Shown: positions 39,358 to 49,581, counted from the first letter of the stretch. The stretch is DNA of 64,000 bases from Candidatus Bathyarchaeia archaeon (GCA_038870975.1 JAVZJD010000002.1:352001-416000); one strand, 5' to 3'. Translations and numbers: made by a program. The notes: generated by a model from the letters alone, not told the origin.

Positions 39358-40125
39358 TTAGATTTTCGCCAGCCCGATGTCTTGTACGTATTTTTCTGCT
39401 TCTATTCTTGTTTCTGGTCTTCCTATGTCTCTCCAGAATATGGATTTGGGTATTCTGTATGCGAGTATGTTTAATCCGTCGTTTATCATGAGTTTTATGG
39501 TGTCTGTCACCCAGTATTCTCCTGCTGGAGATATGGGCGTCTTTTTTAGGTATTTGAATACTTCTGGGTTGAATATTAAGGGTCCTGAGTTTACAAGGTA
39601 TACGTCTCCTAGTTTGGCTTCTCTAGCCTCTGCTTCAGAGGGTTTCTCGAGTATATTTAAAACCCTAGCATCTTCATCTACTTTGACTATTCCGTATTCC
39701 CTGTAGGAGGTCATGGGGTATACGCCTACCGTGGCATGAGCTTTTACGCTTTCATGGAATTCAACCATGCTTTTGAAGAACTCCATGGGGTGGAAGAATG
39801 TGTCTCCGTATACAACCATGAAGTCTTCTGAGACCCAGTCTTCAGCCGTCTCCACGGCTTTAGCTGTTCCAGCCCCTCGGCTCATATCCTGGTATAGGTA
39901 GGCTATTTTCACACCTAGCCATCCTCCGTCGCGTAGATACTCCATTATCTGGCTTTTACGCTCACCTAGGACCACGTAGATCTTCTTTATGCCTGCTGAT
40001 GCTAACCCTCTAACCGCGTACTCTATGACGGGGTAGTATCCTATGAGGCACATTTCCTTATTGACGGCGTTAGAGTAGGGCTTCATACGTGTTCCTCTAC
40101 CAGCGGCGAGAATAACGGCTTCCAT
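39358..40125 (-). CDS. Sugar-phosphate nucleotidyltransferase
   Basis: LAAGRGTRMKP, GTAKA, YGD, EKP, WRDIG. Confidence 0.88.
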   Translation of the reverse strand: MEAVILAAGRGTRMKPYSNAVNKEMCLIGYYPVIEYAVRGLASAGIKKIYVVLGERKSQIMEYLRDGGWLGVKIAYLYQDMSRGAGTAKAVETAEDWVSEDFMVVYGDTFFHPMEFFKSMVEFHESVKAHATVGVYPMTSYREYGIVKVDEDARVLNILEKPSEAEAREAKLGDVYLVNSGPLIFNPEVFKYLKKTPISPAGEYWVTDTIKLMINDGLNILAYRIPKSIFWRDIGRPETRIEAEKYVQDIGLAKI

Positions 40126-40255
40126 CGAGTATCAATAGAAATTGATTGCAATTTCCTTAAAAATATTAATAGTTTTATAACTCGTAAATTGTCTATAGCA
40201 ATTTAACTTAAGCATATTTATAAGTGGATGTTGGAGTAGAAGCATTTAGGTTTAT

Positions 40256-40779
40256 ATGGGTTTAACATTTGAAATCCCTAAAAGTCTTCTAGAGGCGCTT
40301 CGTAAGCGTGGTCTCGACCCATCTAATACTGTAGTCGATGCGTTATTTAAAATGCTGAACTTAGACCCCGTAGAAGAAGTAGGGATACACGTAGAATTGG
40401 CTGAGAAGCTCCTTGAGGAGGGTAGAAGACTCGTAGAGGAAGACCCTATTCAAGCGTTTGAAAGACTTATAAGGCTGCTGAAGAAGCCGTTAAAACAGTA
40501 GCCATAGTGTTCAACTTCCATATGATTCTGGAGAGGATGAAGGCTAGGGATAGGTGGACTTTATCAGACTTAGATGAAGCCGCGAAACAAGCATCTAAAA
40601 GTATTGGTAAAGAATTCTACGTTGGCTGGGATAGAGCATACTACTTACACGTAGCTGGATTCCATGAGGCAAAATTGAACAGTGAAGCTGTTAAAGAGAG
40701 ACTGCCGGATATAGATAACATGGTTAGAGTAGTAGAGAAGCTTCTGGAAAAGTTTAGACAGAGCGGAGAAAGCTTATAG
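40256..40779 (+). pseudogene. PaREP1 (HEPN-like) family gene split by a frameshift
   Basis: Adding one A at 40461-40463 joins the two track ORFs: DPIQAFEKTYKAAEEAVK...RW...WDRAYYLHVAGFHE. Confidence 0.78.
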
Positions 40780-40802
40780 TTGATAAACACTCTTAAATAG
40801 TA

Positions 40803-41348
40803 TTGATGAGCGAATTAAACTTTTTTGAAATAGTTAAAAGGCGTAGATCTATTAGAAGCTTCCAATCTAAGCCTGTTGAAGATGAAAAACTATTTAAGAT
40901 CCTTGAAACGGTTGATTTAGCTCCTTCAGCTGGAAACCTGCAGGCTTATGAAATAGTTATGGTTAGAGATGAAAACCGTAAGAGGGCGTTGGCTGAAGCC
41001 GCTTGGGGGCAGTGGTTTATAGCAGAGGCACCTGTTGTCTTCGTCGTATGTGCTAACAGACGTAGATCCGCCACCAGATACGGCTCTAGAGGTGAAAACC
41101 TATACTCGATAAACGATGCCAGTATAGCTGCAGCTTATCTTGAGCTTGCAGCTGCGGCTTTAGGTTTAGGGTCATGCTGGGTGGGGGCGTTTAGAGACGA
41201 CATGGTTTCAAAGGTTATAGAGGCGCCAAGCCATATAAGACCCATAGCGATAATACCGGTAGGCTATCCAGCTGAAGCGCCAAGCCGCCCGTACAGGAGG
41301 GGTTTTAAAGACTTTCTACACTTTGATAAGATTAGAGCTGGCGTTTAA
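40803..41348 (+). CDS. Nitroreductase family protein
   Basis: RRRSIRSF, APSAGNLQ, GLGSCWVG, VGYP. Confidence 0.92.
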   Translation: MMSELNFFEIVKRRRSIRSFQSKPVEDEKLFKILETVDLAPSAGNLQAYEIVMVRDENRKRALAEAAWGQWFIAEAPVVFVVCANRRRSATRYGSRGENLYSINDASIAAAYLELAAAALGLGSCWVGAFRDDMVSKVIEAPSHIRPIAIIPVGYPAEAPSRPYRRGFKDFLHFDKIRAGV

Positions 41349-41350
41349 AG

Positions 41351-42232
41351 GTGGTCATCTTGACTTTCAAACTATCTGTTATATCGGATGAAGTCTCTCA
41401 AGATTTAAACGATTTAATTGTGTTCGCTAGAGAGTTTTCACTAGATGGATTGGAAATAAGGACTCTATTTAACAGGAAGCCTCAAGAGCTTGTAGATTTA
41501 GCGGGTTCTATTAGAACAAGTCTAAGGAGGGAGGGTTTAGAGGTTTCAGCCATAGCCTCACCGGTTTTCAAATCAAGCATAGATGATGAGGCGGAGTATA
41601 AGCAACATTTAAAGATTTTCGAGCGATGTGTAGAGCTTGCTAAAACCCTCGACACGAACATTATACGGGTTTTCACCTTCTGGAAAAGGGATAGCATTGA
41701 ACAGGTTGTAGATAGAATCGTTGAACTCTACCAGCCGCTTATAGACGCTGCTAAAAGCGAAGGAGTCATACTTGGAGTTGAAAACGAGCCCTCCACGTAT
41801 GCGAGTAATGGTTTAAGAGTTTCCAAGTTCCTCGGAAAAATCGGCTCAAAAACGGTTAAAGTCGTCTGGGATCCTGGGAACGATATATGGGATCCCGAGG
41901 GGGAGACTCCATACCCTGATGGGTATAACTACGTTAGAAATAGCGTAGTACATGTACACGTTAAAGACGGAGTTCGAAAGGGACCGGGTGGAAGCCACGA
42001 GTTCACTCCAGTGGGCGAGGGGGAGGTAAACTACAGGGAGCAGTTGAAGGCTTTAGCTTTCGACAAGTATAAGGGATACTTATCGCTTGAAACCCACTGG
42101 AGGCCTAAGGCTAAGCTAAGCGAGGCGAAGGTTTTAATGCCTGGGGGAGCTGAATATTCAAGATTAGGGTTTGAAGCTTCGAGAATATGTATGAGAAACC
42201 TTGTGAACATGCTTAGAGAGCTAGGGTTATGA
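41351..42232 (+). CDS. Sugar phosphate isomerase/epimerase (xylose isomerase-like TIM barrel)
   Basis: ISDE, VENE, WDPGN, HVHVKDG, SLETH. Confidence 0.85.
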   Translation: MVILTFKLSVISDEVSQDLNDLIVFAREFSLDGLEIRTLFNRKPQELVDLAGSIRTSLRREGLEVSAIASPVFKSSIDDEAEYKQHLKIFERCVELAKTLDTNIIRVFTFWKRDSIEQVVDRIVELYQPLIDAAKSEGVILGVENEPSTYASNGLRVSKFLGKIGSKTVKVVWDPGNDIWDPEGETPYPDGYNYVRNSVVHVHVKDGVRKGPGGSHEFTPVGEGEVNYREQLKALAFDKYKGYLSLETHWRPKAKLSEAKVLMPGGAEYSRLGFEASRICMRNLVNMLRELGL

Positions 42233-42270
42233 CCTTCCCATCAGCTGTATGAAGCTAGCGTTAACTTTCA

Positions 42271-42600
42271 CTATTTAGGTTGATGGTCGACTTGGGGAAT
42301 ATAGGGAACAATATGAATAGGTCTTCCTTCATAGAGCGCTTGAGCAGCTTTACGTCTAGCTCTTTGAACAAGCCTCCATACGGTTCCTCTTGAAACCCCC
42401 ATCCTCTGTCCAGCTTCTTCTTGCGATAAACCCTCCAAGTCGACAAGCCGGAAGGCCTCAAGCTCTGCGAATTCTAAGAATACGGGCTCTAAGCTTCTCG
42501 GCTGGTTTGGTATAAAATTGTTTACGGATGGCGCTACTTCTAATGCTACGGGTTTTGGAAGCCTCCCCCTTCTACCGTATCTAAACCTATGTCGCCACAT
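42271..42600 (-). CDS. DUF134 family HTH DNA-binding protein
   Basis: ELEAFRLVDLEGLSQEEAGQRMGVSRGTVWR...ARRK. Confidence 0.9.
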   Translation of the reverse strand: MWRHRFRYGRRGRLPKPVALEVAPSVNNFIPNQPRSLEPVFLEFAELEAFRLVDLEGLSQEEAGQRMGVSRGTVWRLVQRARRKAAQALYEGRPIHIVPYIPQVDHQPK

Positions 42601-42738
42601 GAGCCATCACAGGCCAATTGCCTTCAGGTTATGCTCGTTACTATTCTGTAGATAGAATAGTAATATTTATATATTTCTGTGAATTATCACATAATTGTTT
42701 GTGTGCATAAGCACAAAATAGGTTTAGAGGTGAAAAAT

Positions 42739-43080
42739 ATGGCATGGGGTTGGAGAGGTAGAAAAGGTAGTTGGATTGGACCATGGCCTGGAAGAGGACC
42801 ATTCAGCTACTTACCGCCATGGCAAAGACCGGGATGGACGTTCGGAAGGGGATGGTGCTGGTACTACTTGTACAGCCCATGGGTTGTTAGAAGGCTTCTA
42901 AGGGCTTGGCGGGTTTATCCGCCGTTTACACCACCACAATCTCCAGAAGGAGAATTAGCTACTTTAGAAGATTACAAGAAGGAGCTTGAAGAAGAGAAAG
43001 CAAGCATAGAGCAGGAGATAAGAGACGTAGAAGCAAGAATAAGAGAGTTAAAAGGCTTAGCCAAGGAAGGTGGAAGTTAA
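42739..43080 (+). CDS. DUF5320-like Gly/Trp/Arg-rich protein with C-terminal coiled coil
   Basis: ATG at 42739 after GAGGTGA; WPGRGPFSYLPPWQRPGW; heptad-rich acidic tail. Confidence 0.75.
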   Translation: MAWGWRGRKGSWIGPWPGRGPFSYLPPWQRPGWTFGRGWCWYYLYSPWVVRRLLRAWRVYPPFTPPQSPEGELATLEDYKKELEEEKASIEQEIRDVEARIRELKGLAKEGGS

Positions 43081-43088
43081 CCTAGGCT

Positions 43089-43283
43089 GTGAAAATCTTG
43101 ACTCTACCTGTTAAACGTTTCCAATGTTTTAACTGCGGTCAGGTGATAGAAGTCCCTCAGGGAGTTTATAAGCCGCTTAATTGCCCGAAATGTGGAACAG
43201 CAGCGATGATGATTCATAGGTTGAATAGGGGTCCGCCTGGAGGAAGAAGAGGAAGAGGAGGAGCATGGCAAAGTGGTCAATAG
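43089..43283 (+). CDS. Small zinc-ribbon protein with Gly/Arg tail
   Basis: CFNC...CPKC, GPPGGRRGRGG; co-oriented in the operon. Confidence 0.7.
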   Translation: MKILTLPVKRFQCFNCGQVIEVPQGVYKPLNCPKCGTAAMMIHRLNRGPPGGRRGRGGAWQSGQ

Positions 43284-43331
43284 TAACATTCTCTATTTTT
43301 AATCTAACTTTGAATGTGGGGTTGTTAAGCT

Positions 43332-43685
43332 ATGAGGAGGCTGAAAATAGCCATCCCAACAAAAAACCACATGGGTCTAGAGGATTTTGTTTCAGATGTT
43401 TTCGGTAAAGCTAAAACCTTCACAATAGTAGAATGTGAAGACGGTAAAATTGTAAATGTGCAAATAGTCGATAACACCGCTGCGTCTTACGATTATGGTT
43501 CAGGACCTATTGTCGTAAAGATGTTGGCGGACTTGAAAGTAGACCTTGTATTGGCGGTAGAGATTGGGCCAGGTGTTTCAAAGTTGCTTAAACATAACAG
43601 TATTCGGAAGATCTTAGTAGAATCGGGTAGGAGAGTTAAGGATATACTGGAAGAAGGTTTAACGGGTCAGGACTATAGGAGATAA
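43332..43685 (+). CDS. NifB/NifX family (dinitrogenase FeMo-cofactor-like) protein
   Basis: KIAIPT, VSDVFGKAKTFTIV, IGPG. Confidence 0.85.
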   Translation: MRRLKIAIPTKNHMGLEDFVSDVFGKAKTFTIVECEDGKIVNVQIVDNTAASYDYGSGPIVVKMLADLKVDLVLAVEIGPGVSKLLKHNSIRKILVESGRRVKDILEEGLTGQDYRR

Positions 43686-43814
43686 TGCATAGTTAAAAAG
43701 AGTTTATTAAAGTTGTTAAAATAGCAGTTCAACCATGAGGGTTTTAGACCTTAAGACAATCTGAGGGGTAAAGCATTCCACTTTTTACAAATAATTTTTC
43801 TCTATGATATTAAA

Positions 43815-43836
43815 AGAAAATTTAAATAAATTTTCT
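43815..43836. promoter_or_regulatory. Perfect 10-bp inverted repeat overlapping a TATA-like element
   Basis: AGAAAATTTA-aa-TAAATTTTCT. Confidence 0.4.
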
Positions 43837-44017
43837 CTAAACTATATTATGTTCTTGGGAATCTACCAAGGACCTCATCGACTTCGAAAGATACTTGATA
43901 TGGTCCAACAATATACCATCTTAATTTGTTAAATAATGCAAGAAATCATTTGTATTTTAATGTAATCGTTGTCAACACGTTTTTATGTTGACCTTGTCTC
44001 TTAACAATAGTTGAATC

Positions 44018-44769
44018 ATGTCATTATTCAGAAGGAAGACTTGGATTGAGGGTTTGGATGAGATTCTCAGAGGCGGTTTTTAGAAGGCTCAAGTATCATA
44101 CTCTTAGGGCCTGTTGTAACTCTTAAGTCTCACTTAGCCTTTCAAATCATATATGGAGGATTGAAGAGCGGTGAAAAATGTCTCCTCATGAGTACCAATT
44201 TGACTTTTAATACTTTAAGAACCCATTTGAAAATTAGCTATGACTGGGATTTAAAGCCCTATTTAGATGCTGGAAAGCTAGATTTCATATACTATCCCTC
44301 TCATATCACTGAGAGCGCGAGTAGGTCTAGCAGTATTGAAGGACTTAGAGAAATAACCTTCCGAACAGGAGAAGGCGTTACAAGAGTGGTTATACACAGT
44401 TTCTCTCAGCTCTACTCTATTGTAAATGATGAGAGTTTAATTATGAGTATGATCTATAGGCTTAAAGAGAAGATCGAGAGGAACCGAGGAGTTGTTCTAT
44501 ATCTTCTGGATAACGGTGTTCAAAGCCGCCAAGTTGAAGAAAATCTAAAATCGATTTGCGATTACGTTTTAGAGATAAGAGATGTTGAAGACTCCGTAGA
44601 GATAAGAGTCTCTAAGGCACCGACGCCTCACAGTTTAGAGTGGCATAAACTACTTTTCTCACCCGATGGCGTACGTGTTGGAGCCCCTTCGGTTAAACCC
44701 GGTAAAACCGATAGGAAAAGTCTTCAAGCAAAATCTACTCTGCCGAGCCTTAAGGCGTTCATAGAGTGA
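44018..44769 (+). pseudogene. KaiC/RAD55-like ATPase, frameshifted near the 5' end and with degenerate Walker motifs
   Basis: ATG at 44018 reads MSLFRRKTWIEGLDEILRGGF then TAG; one extra T in the run at 44077-44081 continues LEGSSIILLGPVVTLKS into the track ORF. Confidence 0.72.
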
Positions 44770-44887
44770 GCTTATTTTTTAAACCGTTAAGATAGAAAAC
44801 TATAGCTTATCCACATCATACGTGGAGTATTACAGAAAGTTTTATGTGAAGATAGGCGTCTAATGTTGATTTTGGAAGGGTGTTAAA

Positions 44888-46246
44888 TTGAACGTTAAAG
44901 TTGGGTTTATAGTTTGTGGTGTACACTCTGAAGTGAAAGATGCTCTAGGTAGACCTATGATCGATGTTAAACTCGTAGAAGACTCTTTAAATTCTCTTAG
45001 AAAAGCTGGGCTGGACGTCTACAGGGTTTATGGTGTGCTTTCAAAAAGCTGGGAGATCGAGAAGGCGGTAGAGGAATGTGAAAAACAGGGCGTTGACTGT
45101 ATTGTTTTCTACGTTGCTACGTGGCTTTGGGCTTCGGAAATATGGAGAGCTGCCTATCATCTTTCAGTACCTGTACTAATATGGTGTACGCCGACTTCTA
45201 TTGGCTGGGCTACTGGCGGAGCATTAGTTCTACACGGTGCTTTAGATGAAGTTGGAGTTAAACATAAAATCGTTTACGGATATCCAAGTGAAGAGGAGGC
45301 TTTGAAGAGTATAGTGGCTTTCGCTAGAGCTGCAAATGCCGCTAATAGACTTAAGAAGACGACTCTGGGTCTAATAGGAGGCTATAGTATGGGTGCTGTT
45401 ACCGGTTCTGTGGATATTGCCCAAGTGCTGTCAAAATTTGGAGTTAAAGTTGAACACGTAGACCAGTATATGCTTGTTAATTTGGCTAAGGCCATTTCAA
45501 AAGAAGATGTAGAGAAGGTCTATAGGGAGTTGAAGGCGAAGTATGATAATCTGCCTGAGCTCGACGAAGTTATGGATAGGTCTATTAGACTGTATATTGC
45601 GTTGAAGAGACTTGCTTCAGAGAAGAAGTACGATGTTGTAGCGGTCAAATGCTTTCCAGAGCTTGGAGACAACTACGCTACAGCCTGTTTAGCGCAAAGC
45701 CTTCTACCAGACGAGGGTGTTGTTACTTCCTGCATAGGAGACGTTAACACGGCGCTTTCAGCGTACATATTATACTTGTTAAGTGGAAAGCCTACGTTTA
45801 ACCCAGATGTACAACAGGTTAGAAAGTGGGAGAATGTTGTTAAACTCGCCTCTGATGGAGCCGCTCCAATATCGCTAGCTGAAGATGTAAGAAGAATTGT
45901 TTTAAAACGTAGAGGACTGCCGACTGAAGGGGCTGCCGACGGTATTTGCGTGGGATTCGTATGTAAACCTGGACCGGTGACGCTAATACGGTTGTGTAGG
46001 ATTAAAGGGGAGTACCATATGCATGTAGTTACTGGAGAGGCATTCATTCCAAAGGATGTAGATGTAGCTCTTTTAGAGTGCGGCTTCCCCCATTGGCCTC
46101 ACGCATTCATACGAATACACGGAGAAGTGGAGAAATTCATTCAGAACCAGAGGAGTGAGTACATATCCATGTGCTACGGTGACTATGAGAAGGAGCTAAT
46201 AGACCTATGCTACCTGCTGGATGTAAAGCCGCTGTTAGACAAGTAG
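44888..46246 (+). CDS. L-fucose/L-arabinose isomerase family protein
   Basis: AVKCFPEL, SCIGDV, KPGPVTLIRL, WPHAF. Confidence 0.8.
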   Translation: MNVKVGFIVCGVHSEVKDALGRPMIDVKLVEDSLNSLRKAGLDVYRVYGVLSKSWEIEKAVEECEKQGVDCIVFYVATWLWASEIWRAAYHLSVPVLIWCTPTSIGWATGGALVLHGALDEVGVKHKIVYGYPSEEEALKSIVAFARAANAANRLKKTTLGLIGGYSMGAVTGSVDIAQVLSKFGVKVEHVDQYMLVNLAKAISKEDVEKVYRELKAKYDNLPELDEVMDRSIRLYIALKRLASEKKYDVVAVKCFPELGDNYATACLAQSLLPDEGVVTSCIGDVNTALSAYILYLLSGKPTFNPDVQQVRKWENVVKLASDGAAPISLAEDVRRIVLKRRGLPTEGAADGICVGFVCKPGPVTLIRLCRIKGEYHMHVVTGEAFIPKDVDVALLECGFPHWPHAFIRIHGEVEKFIQNQRSEYISMCYGDYEKELIDLCYLLDVKPLLDK

Positions 46247-46464
46247 ACTTTAAGAACCTTCTCAATATTCTGCCCTCAGCTTAGTTCTCTTAACGACGTG
46301 CGTCAACGGATTGTTCATATTACAACTTTGAAAGGTTGTTTAAAAACCTGGACGTAGATTTAGCTAGGACTCTACTTGGGGAAGGGGAAATTTACTACAT
46401 GGTATCTGTAGGCTCAGAGCTGCAAAGCCTGGAGGGGGCTCATATTCTTCAGACTTAGAGGGAT

Positions 46465-48387
46465 TTAAGCGTCAACAGACTCCCATGGGAATCTACATTG
46501 AGTTAAATCGCTTATCCCACTGTGCCATTCAGTATCGGCTACTGTGAAGTGTACTCTCACGGGTTCATCATAGCGTATTACTTTTATCATCACATGATTC
46601 CATCCTTTTCGGAGAATCGTATTAACATAGTTTGAACCGTCACCGCTGTAGTTCGGCCTTAGTGGAACCCTTTGACGGGTTTCATGTATAATCTTGCCGT
46701 TTAACCATAGACGCATTCTACTATTATTCGGTACTCCTAAAACGACACTACGCTCTTCAAAAGAATACATATAGTGTCGCAGGTAGATGACCCCGGGCTT
46801 GTTTGCAAAAAACGGCTCTATTTCTAGGGCGTTTTCAGGCCAAGACACAGCCTTCCATTTTTCACCAGCTTCCATAAGCGTGGCGTCCTTCTCGGGTGGA
46901 AAGGCGAAATCTAGAAAAACTGGTTCTCTGAAGACTTCTGAAACCAGCCAACGGAAGCCTCCTACGAAGTTTAACGGGATACATAGGAGGCTGGGCCTCC
47001 CATCTATTGAAACTTCTACCATCCCCCTGTTGACTGTGTTTATATCGTATACTTGCGCAACAATTGAAAAATCAAATTCGGCATTCTCTCTCGGCTCTAA
47101 ATTGAAGTGGTAAGTCGAGTAGGGGTTTAAACTCCAACCTCCTGGGATGTGTATGGTGAGTCTTCCAGAAATACGTGTTGGTCTGGCGTTTTCTAAGATG
47201 ACTTTAAACTTGTTTGGAGTGTTCGGGAGTACGGCTGGACCATCTACATATACTACTGATGCTTTCACAGTGGTTAGGTCGAAATCCACCTGGTTTGGTG
47301 GAATTCTCCAAAGCCTACCTACATCTTTTAGAGAATCTAGTATAGCATCTTCAGCCCTAGAGAAGTCGTCTTCATCACACAGTCTTACAGGTGAATTTAA
47401 AGACTTTAGAACTCGTTCGCCTATTACGCATACCTCCTCTGTAAGCTCTTGCAAGTTCTTAGGCACGTGGATGTTCACTATTCCACGGCTTACGAGGACT
47501 TGGTCACCTAAAGGCTTAACCCATTCCTCTGGAAGTCTACTCCTACCGTCGATTATACCCCATATCGCTCCCACCGTTGCACCAGTACAATCAGTATCCC
47601 ATCCGCAGTTTACGGCTTTACACATAGCATCCCCAAAATCTTCCCCGTATAACAGCCCAATGGTTTGAAAGCCTAAGTTTATCGGAGAATACTGAGCTAT
47701 CGGACTGTAAGCCACTTCCTTAACCTTTTCACGCGCCTCTCGCCAATTCAATCCGTTAAGGTAAGAGTTTAAAGCTGTACGGATGGACTTTGCCGTCATA
47801 CTGTCCTCCGGGATTGCTGAGAGACCTATCTCCACTAGTTTAACTCTATCGCTTATTAGGAAGGCTGAGGACTCTACAACGGCGTTGAAGACTTCACCGT
47901 AGACTGATTCTCCCCCTGCATGGTCGCATATGGCATCCTGATAGGCATACCATGCCGCTATATGCGGAGAGCCGGGTGCTATGCAAGCCCATATTTCTGA
48001 GCGTATGGGGCTACCCATACAGTCTTTAAACCAGTTGTTATACCATCCTGAAATAGGTGGATGTAAACCCTTCTTTAGATTTGTCTTATGCAATCCGTAT
48101 TCATCGTAGTTGTAGAGGATGCAGTCGAGCCAGTATTCGGCTAAATCTCTCGCAGCAATATAGATGCCACGGTCTTTAATAGCTTGAAGCCAAACAAGTT
48201 GAATCTCAAGGTCATCGTTTGGAATACCACCCTCCACAAGCTTGGGATACCACCAGACGTTGAACATTTCTTCTTGACCGAATATTCGCTCTAGGGGCCC
48301 GCCTAATGTTCCCCCGGCGTTTTTACCCATCCAACATCCGTAGACTTTATCGTAGTATGTCTCCCTAGAGAGCTTAACCTTAGACAT
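46465..48387 (-). CDS. ADP-ribosylglycohydrolase family protein with C-terminal beta-rich domains
   Basis: GCWMGKNAGGTLG, NDDL, GSPIRSE, GWDTDCTGAT; PGGW-containing Ig-like segment; LRKGWNHVMIKV end. Confidence 0.82.
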   Translation of the reverse strand: MSKVKLSRETYYDKVYGCWMGKNAGGTLGGPLERIFGQEEMFNVWWYPKLVEGGIPNDDLEIQLVWLQAIKDRGIYIAARDLAEYWLDCILYNYDEYGLHKTNLKKGLHPPISGWYNNWFKDCMGSPIRSEIWACIAPGSPHIAAWYAYQDAICDHAGGESVYGEVFNAVVESSAFLISDRVKLVEIGLSAIPEDSMTAKSIRTALNSYLNGLNWREAREKVKEVAYSPIAQYSPINLGFQTIGLLYGEDFGDAMCKAVNCGWDTDCTGATVGAIWGIIDGRSRLPEEWVKPLGDQVLVSRGIVNIHVPKNLQELTEEVCVIGERVLKSLNSPVRLCDEDDFSRAEDAILDSLKDVGRLWRIPPNQVDFDLTTVKASVVYVDGPAVLPNTPNKFKVILENARPTRISGRLTIHIPGGWSLNPYSTYHFNLEPRENAEFDFSIVAQVYDINTVNRGMVEVSIDGRPSLLCIPLNFVGGFRWLVSEVFREPVFLDFAFPPEKDATLMEAGEKWKAVSWPENALEIEPFFANKPGVIYLRHYMYSFEERSVVLGVPNNSRMRLWLNGKIIHETRQRVPLRPNYSGDGSNYVNTILRKGWNHVMIKVIRYDEPVRVHFTVADTEWHSGISDLTQCRFPWESVDA

Positions 48388-48456
48388 TAAATCAACCTAC
48401 GGCCGAAGCTCAATATATGTTTATACGTAGCTTCATTAACTTAAGAAGTTTTAAGA

Positions 48457-49581
48457 ATGAATGCGCGAGAAAGGTTTCTAGCCACTGTAGGCTTTCAGAA
48501 GGCCGATAGATATCCATACTGGGAGCTTGGGATATGGAGTCAGACATATGATAGGTGGCTTCGCGAGGGCTTAGACGAAGAAGAGCTTAAGGGGGATTGG
48601 TTTAGAGGGGAGCCTAAATTCGCCAATCTTGATAGGAGAGACTTCATCCCTTTAAACCTAGGACCGATTCCAGGGTTTGAAGTGAAGACTATTAGTGAAG
48701 ATTGTAGGTACGTCGTCTTCAGGGATGAGTGGGGACGTATTAGAAGGGCTTTGAAAGAAGGTGAAGCTCACGGCACGAGAGCATCTATGGATACCTACGT
48801 AGAATTCTTCTTGAAAGACCGTGAAGACTTCCAAGAGCTTAAGAAGCACTTCGACCCTTACGATCCAAAAAGATATCCTAAGAACTGGGAGGAGTTGAAG
48901 AAGAAGTGGAAGGATAGAGACTATCCGTTATATTTAACGGAGAACTGCGGCTTTGGAGGTTTATACTGGAATCTGAGAAATATGATGGGTACTGTGAGAT
49001 TGTCTATAGCCTTCTACAAGAAGCCGAATCTAGTACATGAAATCCTGGATTTTATCGTTGAATTCTTCGTAAAAGCCACTAAAAAGGCTTTAAGCGAGGT
49101 TGAAGTCGATGCATTTATATTCAACGAAGACTTCGCCTGTAAAAGTGGACCGTTAATATCGCCTAGGATTTTCCGGGAATTCTTCCTTCCACGCTACGAG
49201 GAAATCATCAAGCACTTAAAAATGCATGGGGTTAAAGTCATCGAATTGGATAGCGATGGAAATACTGAACCCCTAATTCCGTTGATGATTGAAGCTGGGG
49301 TAAATGCCCACTGGCCTCTTGAAGCAGCTTCAGGTATGAATCCTGTGAACGTTAGGAGAAAGTATGGTGAAAAGTTGGCATTATACGGGGGGATAGATAA
49401 GAGGGCTCTTACAGGTGGTAAGAGAACGATCGAAAGAGAAGTGTATAGTAAAATAGTGCCTATGATTGAACTTGGAGGATATATTCCGACAGTTGACCAT
49501 ACGGTGCCTCCAGATGTTCCTCTTAAAAACTTTCTTTATTACTTAGAGTTGAAACGTAAAGTTGTTGAAGATGTAAGTTGA
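48457..49581 (+). CDS. Uroporphyrinogen decarboxylase (URO-D)/MtaA-like family protein
   Basis: MNARERFLA, EDFA..GPLISP, DSDGN, GGIDK, PTVDHTVPPDV. Confidence 0.8.
   Translation: MNARERFLATVGFQKADRYPYWELGIWSQTYDRWLREGLDEEELKGDWFRGEPKFANLDRRDFIPLNLGPIPGFEVKTISEDCRYVVFRDEWGRIRRALKEGEAHGTRASMDTYVEFFLKDREDFQELKKHFDPYDPKRYPKNWEELKKKWKDRDYPLYLTENCGFGGLYWNLRNMMGTVRLSIAFYKKPNLVHEILDFIVEFFVKATKKALSEVEVDAFIFNEDFACKSGPLISPRIFREFFLPRYEEIIKHLKMHGVKVIELDSDGNTEPLIPLMIEAGVNAHWPLEAASGMNPVNVRRKYGEKLALYGGIDKRALTGGKRTIEREVYSKIVPMIELGGYIPTVDHTVPPDVPLKNFLYYLELKRKVVEDVS

Noticed and set aside
46250-46460. Short open frame between convergent genes (..FKNLDVDLARTLLGEG..)
   Set aside because: No clear start or family resemblance; at most a gene remnant
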